Shown: positions 20,874 to 30,512 of the stretch, piece by piece
Layout: each line of letters starts with the position of its first letter
Position numbering within the stretch: position 1 is the stretch's first letter
From: Desulfomicrobium sp.
GTDB lineage: Bacteria > Desulfobacterota > Desulfovibrionia > Desulfovibrionales > Desulfomicrobiaceae
Reading direction: 5' to 3'
Assembly (NCBI GenBank): GCA_040768745.1
Contig: JAXGMI010000001.1
Location: forward strand, 512,001 to 576,000
Length of the DNA: 64,000 nucleotides
The notes under the pieces: model-generated
What the model was told of the DNA's origin: nothing
Seen by the model: only the letters and a program-made list of their open reading frames with translations
Database searches by the model: none
Program-made: the position numbers and the translations under genes

Positions 20874-21553
20874 ATGATCACATTCACTGACCTTTTGCTC
20901 CTGACCGGGGGCGGTTTTTTTTTGCCCTGTTCTCCCTGACCCGGACTGCCCTGAACATCGGGTTCATCCAGCGCCCTTTTTTCGCTTCCCTCATTTGGGC
21001 ATTGCTCAGCTTCAACCTGCACCCGGCAGTCAGCGTCGGTATTTTCTTCGAACTCCTCTGGCTTGATCTTTTTCCGGCCGGGACCTTCATCCCGCCACAA
21101 TCCCTGCTGACCTTGAGTGCGACCCTGACCCTGCTGGCCTGCCTGCCTGGGGCGGATATGCGTCTGACCAGCATCATTCTTGTCGGCACCCTGCCGCTGG
21201 CCTATATCGGAGCATGGGTCGAGCAAAGCTACCGCAAAAGGCAGAATCTCAGCTACAATGCCCTTCTCAGCTGGAACCGCCGACACCCCGGCCATGCCTA
21301 CAGGCCCGAAACGTTGACCATCAGGGCGGTCGTGGAGCAGTCAATCCTCCATTTCGGCCTCTTCCTGCTCTGCGTCACCCCCCTGCTGCCCCTCTTGCGG
21401 TTAGCCCAGCCCTGGCTTGGAAGCAGTCCCCAGCCCACTTGGCCCATGCTCTGGATCCTGGCCTGCTGCGGAGCGATTCTGTCTCTGCGCATACGCAAAG
21501 CTTACGCCTGCGCCGCTGTCACCTTCGTCCTCGGGGTCTTCGCAACCTTGTGA
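20874..21553 (+). other. PTS mannose-family EIIC-like membrane protein split by a -1 frame change at a T9 run (20915-20923)
   Basis: The ATG 20874 frame stops at 20939. The -1 frame reads FALFSLTRTALNIGFIQRPFFASLIWALL..IFFELLWLDLFPAGTFIPP (EIIC-Man-like) and has no start codon between its stop at 20888 and TTG 21002. Confidence 0.7.
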
Positions 21554-21643
21554 CGCCCCAAGTTAGGACTTGGCAACCGCGAATAATTGTGATATTTGGC
21601 ACAAACTATTTGTTCGCCAACAAACCCTTGTAGGAGGAATACC

Positions 21644-22564
21644 ATGTCCGTTTTTGTTTTCGGTCACAAGAATCCCGATTCCGACACCATTTGCAGCGCC
21701 ATTGCCCTGGCTGACCTGAAAAGCAAGCTGGGTGTCGCCTGCACCCCGGCCGCTCAGGGCGAACTGCCCCCCGAGACCAAGTTCATCTTGCAGAAGTTCG
21801 GCGTTGCCGCTCCGGCCGTCAAAACGTCCTATGCCGGTGAAAAAGTCTTCCTGGTCGATACCTCCGACCTGGCTCAGCTGCCCGAAGACATCAAGCAGGC
21901 TGAAGTGCTCGGTATCGTCGACCACCACAAACTGGGCGACCTAACCACCTCCAGCCCTCTGGAATGCTGGATCTGGCCTGTGGGCTGCACCGCCACCGTG
22001 CTCAACGCCATGTACAAATACTTCGGCATCGAGATTCCCAAGAACATCGCCGGCATCATGCTGTGCGCCATCCTGAGCGACACGGTCATCTTCAAGTCCC
22101 CGACCTGCACCCCGGCCGACAAGGAAGCCGCCGCCGAGCTGGCCAAGATCGCCGGAGTATCCGACCTGGCCGCCCTGGGTATGGAAATGTTCAAGGTCAA
22201 GTCCGCCGTTGAAGGCACCCCGGCCCGCGAGCTGGTCCTGCGCGACTACAAGGACTTCAACATGAACGGCACCAAGGTCGGCATCGGCCAGCTGGAAGTC
22301 GTCGATCTGTCCATCCTCGACGCCGTCAAGGCCGACCTGGCCGCCGACATCGTCAAGCTGAAGGCCGAGAAGGGCAACCACTCCATCTTCCTGCTGCTGA
22401 CCGACATTATGAAGGAAGGCTCCGAGATCCTGATCGCCTCCGACGACCCCTCCGTGGTCGAGAAAGCGTTCAGCGTCAAACCCGTCGACGGGAAGGCTTG
22501 GCTGCCCAAGGTCATGTCCCGCAAAAAGGACGTCGTGCCCAAGTTCGAGAAGGTTTTCGCCTAA
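21644..22564 (+). CDS. ppaC: Mn-dependent (family II, DHH) inorganic pyrophosphatase
   Basis: GHKNPDSD, VDHH, ILSDT, RDYK, SRKK; AGGAGG RBS; strong codon bias. Confidence 0.96.
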   Translation: MSVFVFGHKNPDSDTICSAIALADLKSKLGVACTPAAQGELPPETKFILQKFGVAAPAVKTSYAGEKVFLVDTSDLAQLPEDIKQAEVLGIVDHHKLGDLTTSSPLECWIWPVGCTATVLNAMYKYFGIEIPKNIAGIMLCAILSDTVIFKSPTCTPADKEAAAELAKIAGVSDLAALGMEMFKVKSAVEGTPARELVLRDYKDFNMNGTKVGIGQLEVVDLSILDAVKADLAADIVKLKAEKGNHSIFLLLTDIMKEGSEILIASDDPSVVEKAFSVKPVDGKAWLPKVMSRKKDVVPKFEKVFA

Positions 22565-22587
22565 GCCGCGACTTCCCCAGTAACGAC

Positions 22588-22621
22588 AAAGCCCGTCCAG
22601 GTTCGCCTAGGCGGGCTTTTT
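22588..22621 (+). terminator. Rho-independent terminator after ppaC
   Basis: AAAGCCCGTCCAGG-TTCG-CCTAGGCGGGCTTTTT. Confidence 0.75.
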
Positions 22622-22845
22622 GTGTTCTGGCTTCATCCAGGGTTGGCCAAACCGGATCGACATCTGAACGTGGAATGGCCTCAAGATAGACACGATACGT
22701 TTTCGAGGAAAGTTAAAATCAAGCGTTAGAGGCTGAAACGTCCATGTTATTCAAAAAAACAAAGGTATTGCGTTGACATATTGAGATTTGAGGCGGCAAT
22801 CAAGGCTCATCCGTGCTGACACGTGCTTCAACATTGAGCTGCATT

Positions 22846-23376
22846 ATGAAAGATGACAAAGCAGGCACGAGTTTTCGGCTGGCCCCGATGTCTCCGCTGA
22901 GTCGGACATGCACGCTGTTTCTTCTGGCGCTGCCACCCACATTCCTCATTGCCGCGCTCTACCTGACAAGTGTCCTCACCGAACTCACCCTAATCACCCT
23001 GCTCTTCACCGCCACATACATTTGGATTTGGCTCTGGTTCCGCCCCACCCGGTTCATCGTCCATCGCGGAGGGATCGAGGTGTGCTGGCCCCTCAAACGC
23101 CGTGAGATCGCCCAGGAGGACATTTCGAATGTGCGGTTGATGGACGTACAGCAGCTGAAAAGGGAAATCGGCTGGGGCGTGCGAATCGGTGCCGGTGGAC
23201 TTTGGGGCGGCTTCGGTTGGCTGTGGACAAAGCGGCGGGGAGTCGTTCAAATGTATGTCTCGCGTACAGACGGGTACGTGTGGCTCGACTGCACTGGCAA
23301 ACGGCCGTGGCTCATTACCCCGGAACAGCCAGAAACGTTCGTGCGCGCGTTGTCGCGTTTGTACCCGTTGGAATGA
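22846..23376 (+). CDS. Membrane protein with bacterial PH-like domain
   Basis: Two TM helices, then RIGAGGLWGGFG and LITPEQPETF motifs. Confidence 0.7.
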   Translation: MKDDKAGTSFRLAPMSPLSRTCTLFLLALPPTFLIAALYLTSVLTELTLITLLFTATYIWIWLWFRPTRFIVHRGGIEVCWPLKRREIAQEDISNVRLMDVQQLKREIGWGVRIGAGGLWGGFGWLWTKRRGVVQMYVSRTDGYVWLDCTGKRPWLITPEQPETFVRALSRLYPLE

Positions 23377-23531
23377 GCGCCCGAGCTGTTGGACCAGCAG
23401 GTTGCGTCCAGCAACACGTGCGACGGATGCGGCTGGGACCCGCCGCAAAAGGCGGTCCTGAGCTGCAGGGGAGAGGGAAAGAGATTATTTATCGGAATTA
23501 CAGGGAAGTTTCCAGAAGTGACATGCACAGG

Positions 23532-24020
23532 TCATGAGCCTGTCTGCTGAGCCGTGGTCTTGACCGAGCCTCCGACCTCCTGCCGCAGGGCATCGACCTT
23601 GCCACGCAGGTAGGCGGCCACCAGATCACCCATGTCCTCGCTGCCCGAATACCTGCCCGCGTATTCCCGCAGATCCTCCTCTGCCTCCTTCTCCATGCGC
23701 TCGGACTCCATGAACATGAGGAAAACCAGCCCCAGGGCAGCGTTGTTCTCCACGCTGCCGTCGCAGAGATGCTGCAGCTGTTCGCCGGGCACGGTCTCGA
23801 ACAGCCGGTCCGCGAACTGGCCGATCCACTTGGCATACAGGTCTGGCATGAGGTCCGGGATGAGTTCGGCCAGGCGCCGGGCGGCATCCTCCGGCACGTT
23901 GGGCATGGTCACCAGCAGGTATTCGGTCAGGGCCTCCTGGCGGCGCTCCCTGCTGTTCGAGAATTTGTCCAGGATGACGAGATAGATATGGGCCCGCAGC
24001 TGGGCCTGGGTCAGGGGCAT
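23532..24020 (-). CDS. Conserved hypothetical protein
   Basis: GGAG RBS before ATG 24020; host-like codon usage; downstream of the hyp operon. Confidence 0.75.
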   Translation of the reverse strand: MPLTQAQLRAHIYLVILDKFSNSRERRQEALTEYLLVTMPNVPEDAARRLAELIPDLMPDLYAKWIGQFADRLFETVPGEQLQHLCDGSVENNAALGLVFLMFMESERMEKEAEEDLREYAGRYSGSEDMGDLVAAYLRGKVDALRQEVGGSVKTTAQQTGS

Positions 24021-24054
24021 ACGTTCTCCGTGATACCGCTTTGCCGAAACCGCC

Positions 24055-24588
24055 CTAGACCCCGAACGGGCAGAGGCAGCGAGGGTTTTCAACCACTGCG
24101 GCCATGACGATGCGGGCGCAGGCCTCGGCATCGGACGCGGCATTGTGATGATTCAGTTCAAGACCGAGATAGCGGCAGACGTCGGGGAGCTTGGTCGGCC
24201 GCAGTCCCCACTGGTTGCGGGCCAGGTCCACAGTGCAGACGAAGGGCAGGCGTGGCGCGGGCAGACTGGCCATGGCGCAGCAGGCCCCGAGCACCGCGCG
24301 GTCGAAACGCGCGTTATGGGCGGCCAGGAAATCCGCACCCTCCAGGAACTGGGCGTTGTCGATCCAGAAGTCCTTGAAGCCCGGGCAATCCTTGACGTCG
24401 GACCAGCGGATGCCGTGCACGCCGACGCAAAATGGCGAAAATCGGGAACGCGGCGGACGGATCAGGGCGTAGAGTCTGTCGACGATGGACCCGTCACGGA
24501 CCTTGGCCAGGCCCACGGCGCAGGCGCTGTCCCGCTGGGCGTCCGCGGTCTCGAAATCGATGGCAACGTAGGTCTTGGGAAACGCCAT
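24055..24588 (-). CDS. DEDDh 3'-5' exonuclease (DnaQ-like)
   Basis: AIDFETA, AHNARFD, HHNAASDA. Confidence 0.92.
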   Translation of the reverse strand: MAFPKTYVAIDFETADAQRDSACAVGLAKVRDGSIVDRLYALIRPPRSRFSPFCVGVHGIRWSDVKDCPGFKDFWIDNAQFLEGADFLAAHNARFDRAVLGACCAMASLPAPRLPFVCTVDLARNQWGLRPTKLPDVCRYLGLELNHHNAASDAEACARIVMAAVVENPRCLCPFGV

Positions 24589-24589
24589 T

Positions 24590-25597
24590 TCAGCAGATGC
24601 GCGGCAGTTGTTCGCCTTCGAGCATGTCCATGAGCCTGGTGCCCCCAAGCGGCGTCTCCAGCACGACCTTGCCGGGGTGTCCGGCCCGCACCTCCCCGAT
24701 GCGGGCCGCGTCGCGGCCCAGGGGGTCGGCCTGCATGATATCCAGGGCCTGTCTGGCATGTTCTGCGGGCAGAATGCACAAAAACTTGCCCTCGTTGGCC
24801 AGGTACAGGGGATCCAGCCCCAGAAAGGAGCACCCGCCGCTGACCTCGGGCCGGACCGGCACGCGGTCCTCGAAGATCCGGCACTCCACGCCGGACTGTC
24901 CGGCGATCTCGTTCAGGGTCGTGGCCAGACCGCCGCGGGTCGGGTCACGCAGAACATGCACCTCGGGAACCGCCTCCAACAGCCGGACCACGAGATGATT
25001 CAGCGAGGCGCAGTCCGAAAGCACCGGCGCATCGAAGTTCAGCCCTTCACGCCGGGACAGGATGGCCAGGCCATGGTCCCCCACGAATCCGCTGACCAGA
25101 ATGACGTCGCCAGGCCTGGCCCGATGCCCGCTGGGCGCCACAGGCACGAAAATCTCGCCGATCCCGGTGGTGTTGATGAAGATCTTGTCCACCATCCCTC
25201 TGGGCACGACCTTGGTGTCGCCCGTGACGACCAGCACCCCGGCCTCGCGGGCGGCCCGTCCCATGGACTGGACGATGCGTTCCAGGTCAGCCATGGGCAG
25301 GCCCTCTTCGAGGATGAACCCGCAGGTCAGATAGCGGGGCCGGGCCCCGAGCATGGCCACGTCGTTGACGGTGCCGTGCACGGCCAGAGCTCCGATGTCG
25401 CCTCCGGGAAAAAAGATGGGGTCAACGGTAAAGGAGTCGGTGCTGACGGAGATGGGGCCGGAGATGTTCAGGACAGCCGCATCATCCAGGCGGTTCAGGA
25501 CCTCGTTGCCCAGGTGCCTGACGAACAGTTCCCCGATGAGCCTGTGCGAAGCCTTGCCGCCGCTGCCGTAGTCAAGAAGAACCCTTTCCACACGCAT
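24590..25597 (-). CDS. hypE: Hydrogenase maturation protein HypE
   Basis: GSGG, GTVNDVA, TGDTKVV, RDPTRGG, ANEG, C-terminal PRIC. Confidence 0.97.
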   Translation of the reverse strand: MRVERVLLDYGSGGKASHRLIGELFVRHLGNEVLNRLDDAAVLNISGPISVSTDSFTVDPIFFPGGDIGALAVHGTVNDVAMLGARPRYLTCGFILEEGLPMADLERIVQSMGRAAREAGVLVVTGDTKVVPRGMVDKIFINTTGIGEIFVPVAPSGHRARPGDVILVSGFVGDHGLAILSRREGLNFDAPVLSDCASLNHLVVRLLEAVPEVHVLRDPTRGGLATTLNEIAGQSGVECRIFEDRVPVRPEVSGGCSFLGLDPLYLANEGKFLCILPAEHARQALDIMQADPLGRDAARIGEVRAGHPGKVVLETPLGGTRLMDMLEGEQLPRIC

Positions 25598-25647
25598 CCC
25601 CTTTGAAGTGCTGAAGATCGTCCTGGCCGCGAAGCATTCAGGGCCGC

Positions 25648-26730
25648 CTAGACATGGTATTTATAGTATGCGGCGCAAGACCCCTCGGTGGAAACCATGC
25701 ACGGTCCCACCGGCGCGGCCGGCGTGCAGGCCTTGCCGAAAAGGGGGCATTTGTTCGGAGAGAGTTTGCCCTTGAGCACGTCGCCGCATCGACAGCCCTT
25801 GATGGCAGGCACATCGCGCAACGTGAGACCGAAGACGCGCATGGCGTCAAAGGCTGCGAACTCCTCTCGCACGGCCAGACCGCTGTTCGGAATCATGCCG
25901 ATGCCCCGCCACAGGGCGTCGCAGGGGGCAAAAACCTCGTCCATGACAGACATGGCCTTGGGGTTGCCGGTGTCTGACACCACCCGGGTATACGCGTTGA
26001 CCACGTCAACACACCCCTGCTTGCGCATGGTCACGAAAAGGTGCAGGGCCTGCAGAATATCCACAGGCTCGAATCCCGCGATGACCGCAGGGAGCCCGTG
26101 CTTCCGGGCCAGAAAGCGATACGGCTCCACGCCGATGATGGCAGAGACGTGCCCGGGCAGGAGGAACGCCTGGACCCGCAACTCAGGATCGCCCACCAAT
26201 GCCTCCAGGGCCGGCGGGACCAGCTTGTGGAAGCAGAGCACGGAGAAATTGGTCACCCCCTCCTCGCGGGCGGCTTTGACCGTCGCGGCGATGGCCGGGG
26301 CAGTTGTCTCGAAACCCACGCCCAGGAACACGACCTTGTCGCCAGGATTGTCCTGGGCGATCTTCAAGGCATCGAACGGGGAATAGACGACCTTGACACG
26401 GGCCCCTTCGGCCTGGGCCCCCTTCAGGGTCTTCCTGTCCGGACCAGGCACGCGCATCAGGTCCCCGAATGTGGTGATGACCGCGTCCCTGCCGGCCAGG
26501 TCCAGAAACGCGGCCACCTCGCTGTCATGGGTCACGCAGACCGGGCAGCCGGGCCCTGAAAGGTGCACGACCTTGTCGGACAGCAGAGAGCGCACCCCGC
26601 TGCGGAAAATGGAGACCGTATGCGTTCCGCATACCTCCATGAAGCGGAGCTCCCCGTCCAGTTCGGAATGAATCCGTTCCAGCAACGCCTTGCACAGCTG
26701 GGGATCCTTGAAATTGTCAAGTAAGCGCAA
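25648..26730 (-). CDS. hypD: Hydrogenase maturation protein HypD
   Basis: MEVCGTHT, GPGCPVCVT, GFETT, PGHVS, GPCMVSTEGSC. Confidence 0.97.
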   Translation of the reverse strand: MRLLDNFKDPQLCKALLERIHSELDGELRFMEVCGTHTVSIFRSGVRSLLSDKVVHLSGPGCPVCVTHDSEVAAFLDLAGRDAVITTFGDLMRVPGPDRKTLKGAQAEGARVKVVYSPFDALKIAQDNPGDKVVFLGVGFETTAPAIAATVKAAREEGVTNFSVLCFHKLVPPALEALVGDPELRVQAFLLPGHVSAIIGVEPYRFLARKHGLPAVIAGFEPVDILQALHLFVTMRKQGCVDVVNAYTRVVSDTGNPKAMSVMDEVFAPCDALWRGIGMIPNSGLAVREEFAAFDAMRVFGLTLRDVPAIKGCRCGDVLKGKLSPNKCPLFGKACTPAAPVGPCMVSTEGSCAAYYKYHV

Positions 26731-26944
26731 TGTTCAGTCCTTCCTCGAAAAGTTTCAGCGTTGCGATGGCCTCCTCCCGGTCCAGACGGGTCAGGGCGAA
26801 TCCAGCGTGGACAATGACGAAGTCTCCCACCTCCAGAGTCTCTGGCAACACATCCAGCCGCACGTTCTGATACGTGCCCGCAATCTGCACTTCAGCTGTT
26901 TTTCCATCAATTTTGACAACTTCCATTGGAACGGCCAAGCACAT
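26717..26944 (-). CDS. hypC: Hydrogenase chaperone HypC
   Basis: MCLAVP, VIVHAGFA. Confidence 0.96.
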   Translation of the reverse strand: MCLAVPMEVVKIDGKTAEVQIAGTYQNVRLDVLPETLEVGDFVIVHAGFALTRLDREEAIATLKLFEEGLNIALT

Positions 26945-27032
26945 GAGCCAAATCTCCCGCTTTGCTTTTTGTCACCGCTGTTGCTAAATCCCTGTCTGTT
27001 CCGTGTCAATGAACTCTTCCCGAGCCAGAACT

Positions 27033-27662
27033 ATGACCCAGCAGGAAATCCCCCTCTCCCCCATTGCCACTGGCTTATCCGGCTCCATCCCCACCGATGC
27101 GCTCTGCCGGACATGGTGGGAACAGTGCGACATGCTCGACAATATCAAACAGCATAGCCAGCTGGTGGCCGAGGTGGCCACGACACTGGCCATGCTGGCC
27201 GTGGAATGTGGCCGGGGAAACACAACGGACCTGCCCGGCGCGGACTTCGTGCAGGCCGTGCGCGCTGCCGGACTCCTGCACGACCTGGGCAAGACCTACA
27301 CCATTGTCCACGGCGGCAACCACAGCCAGATTGGCGCGGCCTGGACCATGGAGCTGACCAGGAATCCGGCCATCGCCCAGGGCGTCATGCACCACGTGTA
27401 CTGGCCAGGGCAGCTGGATCTCAACATGCATTTTCTGCCTTTGGCCATCATCTACGCGGACAAAAGGGTCAGACACGACGCCCTGGTCTGCGTTGAGGAA
27501 CGTTTTGCGGACCTGATGGATCGATACGGCACCAACGAGCGCAGCCGGGGCTGGATCGAGCGGTCCAGACGCCAGAACATTGAACTCGAGCACCTTTTGA
27601 GCATCTTTTTGGAGGAAGACATCCATGCATATCCTTTTGATCGCCGGCGGCTGGTCGGGTGA
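27033..27662 (+). CDS. HD-domain phosphohydrolase
   Basis: HSQLVA, LLHDLGK, HH, YADKRV. Confidence 0.88.
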   Translation: MTQQEIPLSPIATGLSGSIPTDALCRTWWEQCDMLDNIKQHSQLVAEVATTLAMLAVECGRGNTTDLPGADFVQAVRAAGLLHDLGKTYTIVHGGNHSQIGAAWTMELTRNPAIAQGVMHHVYWPGQLDLNMHFLPLAIIYADKRVRHDALVCVEERFADLMDRYGTNERSRGWIERSRRQNIELEHLLSIFLEEDIHAYPFDRRRLVG

Positions 27663-28533
27663 ACGCGAAGTCGCCCTGAGCGGGGCCAGGCAAATAGAAA
27701 AAGGCTTGCAGGCTCTGGGCCACACCGTCACCCTGTTCGATCCCGCCAGGGATCTGCGTGGTCTCCCTGCCGCGGCCCAAGGCAAAGATTTCGCCTTCAT
27801 CAACCTGCATGGCTCTCCCGGGGAGGATGGGCTGGTCCAGTGTCTTCTGGAACGCATGGGCCTGCCCTTTCAGGGCTCGGATTCCCGGTCTTCACTCTTG
27901 GCCCTGAACAAGGCCGTGTCCAAACAGATTTTCGAGGCCGCCGGGCTGGCCACGCCAGCCTGGGAATTCGTGCCCGCCAGTCATGTGGCCGAATGGCGCC
28001 CTCTGCTGCCCTTTCCGCTGGTGGTCAAGCCGAACACGGGCGGGTCGAGCCTTGGCGTGGGTGTGATCAGATCCGAAGAGGAACTGGAAGCCTATCTTCT
28101 GCAGCCGGAAATCGCAGGCCAGGACCTGCTGGCCGAAACCCTGATCCACGGCCAGGAATTGACCTGCGGGGTGCTGGAGGGCGAAACCCTGCCCCCCATC
28201 CTCATCCGCCCCAAGCATGGAAAATTCTTCGATTATGAAAGCAAATATGTCGCCGGAGCGTCGGAAGAAGTCTGTCCCGCTCCCATTTCCCCGGAGTTGA
28301 CCGCCACCCTTCAGCGTATGGCCCGCATTGCCCACGATGCGCTGGAACTGAGCGATTACAGCCGGGCTGACTTCATCGTCACGGACAAAGACGTGCCGTA
28401 CATCCTGGAGGTCAACACCCTGCCCGGCATGACCGCCACCAGCTTGCTGCCGCAGGAGGCCCAGGCCGTGGGCCTGCCTTTTGAGCAACTCCTGGCTCGG
28501 CTCATCGGACTGGGCCTGCGCAAGAAATCCTGA
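27625..28533 (+). CDS. ddl: D-alanine--D-alanine ligase
   Basis: GGWSGEREV, LHGSPGEDG, GSSLG, YESKY, EVNTLPGMT. Confidence 0.96.
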   Translation: MHILLIAGGWSGEREVALSGARQIEKGLQALGHTVTLFDPARDLRGLPAAAQGKDFAFINLHGSPGEDGLVQCLLERMGLPFQGSDSRSSLLALNKAVSKQIFEAAGLATPAWEFVPASHVAEWRPLLPFPLVVKPNTGGSSLGVGVIRSEEELEAYLLQPEIAGQDLLAETLIHGQELTCGVLEGETLPPILIRPKHGKFFDYESKYVAGASEEVCPAPISPELTATLQRMARIAHDALELSDYSRADFIVTDKDVPYILEVNTLPGMTATSLLPQEAQAVGLPFEQLLARLIGLGLRKKS

Positions 28534-29786
28534 TGCCTCGCCTTCACCCGGGGCTGCGGCTGGGGTTCAACCTCCTGTACACCCTGCTCTGGTGCATGGC
28601 TGGCCCGGCGCTTTTCCTTTGGACCCGCATGCGCCTGGGATGGAAGGAGCGCCTTGGATTGAACCTCCCCGGACCAGCCGAAATCTGGGTCCAAGGGGCC
28701 TCAGCAGGGGAATGCGCCCTGGTGGACAGCCTGGTCCGCCATCTGCCGGACTGCTCCATCCTGGCCACGACATGCACGGCGCAGGGGAGGGAGGTTCTCG
28801 AAAGAATCCAGGACAAGCAGGGGCTTGCCATCCGCATGTTCCCCCTTGACCTCCCTCTGCTCCAGCGCCGGATGCTGGAATGCGTTCGACCCCGGGTGGT
28901 CATCCTGCTTGAAACCGAGATCTGGCCTGGCTTGCTCCTCTCCTGCGCGGCCCTGGCTATCCCTGTCGTGTTCATCAACGCCCGCATGAGCAGCGCATCC
29001 CTGGCCGGGTACCTCTGGCTCCGCCCCCTTCTGGCGGCCTGCGCGCCGGCGGCCATCGGCGCCATTTCCCCGGCGGACGCCCTCCGCTTCAGGCTGGTTT
29101 TCGGCCCAGTCCAGACCCGCGTCACGGGCAACATCAAATTCGACCGGGCCCTGGGCACACCCTTTTTGGACCGGAAGGACAACCCCCTGGCCGCCCTGAT
29201 CCCGCAGGATGCCCCTTTTTTGGTCCTCGGATCGGTGCGCCAGGAAGAGGAATCCATGGTCCTCACCCTGCTCCAGTCCCTCCTGACCGAGCAGCCGGAC
29301 TGTGTCGTCGGGATCTTTCCCCGACACATGAGCCGCATACAGGCCTGGGCGGACCGTCTTGCCATGGCTCGGATTCCCTCTGTGTTGCGCAGTGAACTCG
29401 GCACTGCGGCCACACCCGGCAGCGTGGTCCTGTGGGACAGGTTCGGGGAACTGGGGATGGTTTACGGGCTGGCCAGCCGCGCCTTTGTTGGCGGGAGCCT
29501 GGCCAGGCTTGGAGGTCAGAACTTCCTGGAACCCCTGGCCCAGGGGGTCCTCCCTGTCGTGGGGCCCCATACACGCAATTTCGATTGGGTCGGGGACGGC
29601 ATATTCGAAAACCTGGTGTTCAGAAACGCCGACATCTCCAAACTGGCCAAGGAACTTGTCAAGCCAGCGCCCAGCCGACCAGCGGTGCGGGACAGGGCCC
29701 TCGCCTACATCCGCTCCCGGCAGGGGGCCACGGCCGCGTCCGCAGCTCTGATTATTCACCATTTTCCCCGGAGTTCCCATGCCTGA
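28533..29786 (+). CDS. waaA: KDO transferase
   Basis: GASAGE, PLDLP, ETEIWP, NARMS, GNIKFD, PRH, GGQNFLEP. Confidence 0.93.
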   Translation: MPRLHPGLRLGFNLLYTLLWCMAGPALFLWTRMRLGWKERLGLNLPGPAEIWVQGASAGECALVDSLVRHLPDCSILATTCTAQGREVLERIQDKQGLAIRMFPLDLPLLQRRMLECVRPRVVILLETEIWPGLLLSCAALAIPVVFINARMSSASLAGYLWLRPLLAACAPAAIGAISPADALRFRLVFGPVQTRVTGNIKFDRALGTPFLDRKDNPLAALIPQDAPFLVLGSVRQEEESMVLTLLQSLLTEQPDCVVGIFPRHMSRIQAWADRLAMARIPSVLRSELGTAATPGSVVLWDRFGELGMVYGLASRAFVGGSLARLGGQNFLEPLAQGVLPVVGPHTRNFDWVGDGIFENLVFRNADISKLAKELVKPAPSRPAVRDRALAYIRSRQGATAASAALIIHHFPRSSHA

Positions 29787-30498
29787 CGTCATCGCCATCA
29801 TTCCGGCCAGATATGAAAGCTCGCGATTTCCAGGCAAACCCCTGGCCCTCATCCACGGCAAGCCCATGTTCTGGCACGTCATGCACCGCGCCTCCCTCTG
29901 CCCTCAGGTCCAGTCTGTTGTCCTGGCCACGGATGACGAACGCATCCTGAACGCGGCCCAGGAGCTGGCCATGCCCGCGCTGATGACGAGCCCATACCAC
30001 GCCAGCGGCACGGACCGGGTGCTGGAAGCCGCGCGCAAGTTGCAGGCCGGTCCTGACAGTGTCATCCTCAATGTGCAGGGTGACGAACCGGCCCTCAATC
30101 CCGAAATGCTTTCCGAACTGATCCTCCCCTTCAGGGACCCGGCCACGCAGGTCACCACCCTGGGACACCCCATTTCAGCAGAGGAAGCATTGCACCCGGA
30201 CCGGGTCAAGATCGTCCGCGCGGCCAGCGGCTTGGCCCTCTATTTTTCCCGTGCCCCCGTACCCTATGGACGTGACGACCAGCCCAATTTTCTGGGGCAC
30301 ATCGGCATCTACGGACTACGCATGCGCGTTCTTGAAAAATTCAACGCTTTGGGAGAAAGTCCCCTTGAGCGGTTGGAAAAACTGGAGCAGTTGCGCCTGC
30401 TGGAAGCCGGAGTGCCCGTCCACGTGGTCACCACCCGGCACAAGAGCCACGGCGTGGACCGCCCTGAAGACCTGGAAACAGTCATCGCATTGATGTGA
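29779..30498 (+). CDS. kdsB: CMP-KDO synthetase
   Basis: [32 protein letters not shown]. Confidence 0.97.
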   Translation: MPDVIAIIPARYESSRFPGKPLALIHGKPMFWHVMHRASLCPQVQSVVLATDDERILNAAQELAMPALMTSPYHASGTDRVLEAARKLQAGPDSVILNVQGDEPALNPEMLSELILPFRDPATQVTTLGHPISAEEALHPDRVKIVRAASGLALYFSRAPVPYGRDDQPNFLGHIGIYGLRMRVLEKFNALGESPLERLEKLEQLRLLEAGVPVHVVTTRHKSHGVDRPEDLETVIALM

Positions 30499-30512
30499 GG
30501 AGATCAGCATAT

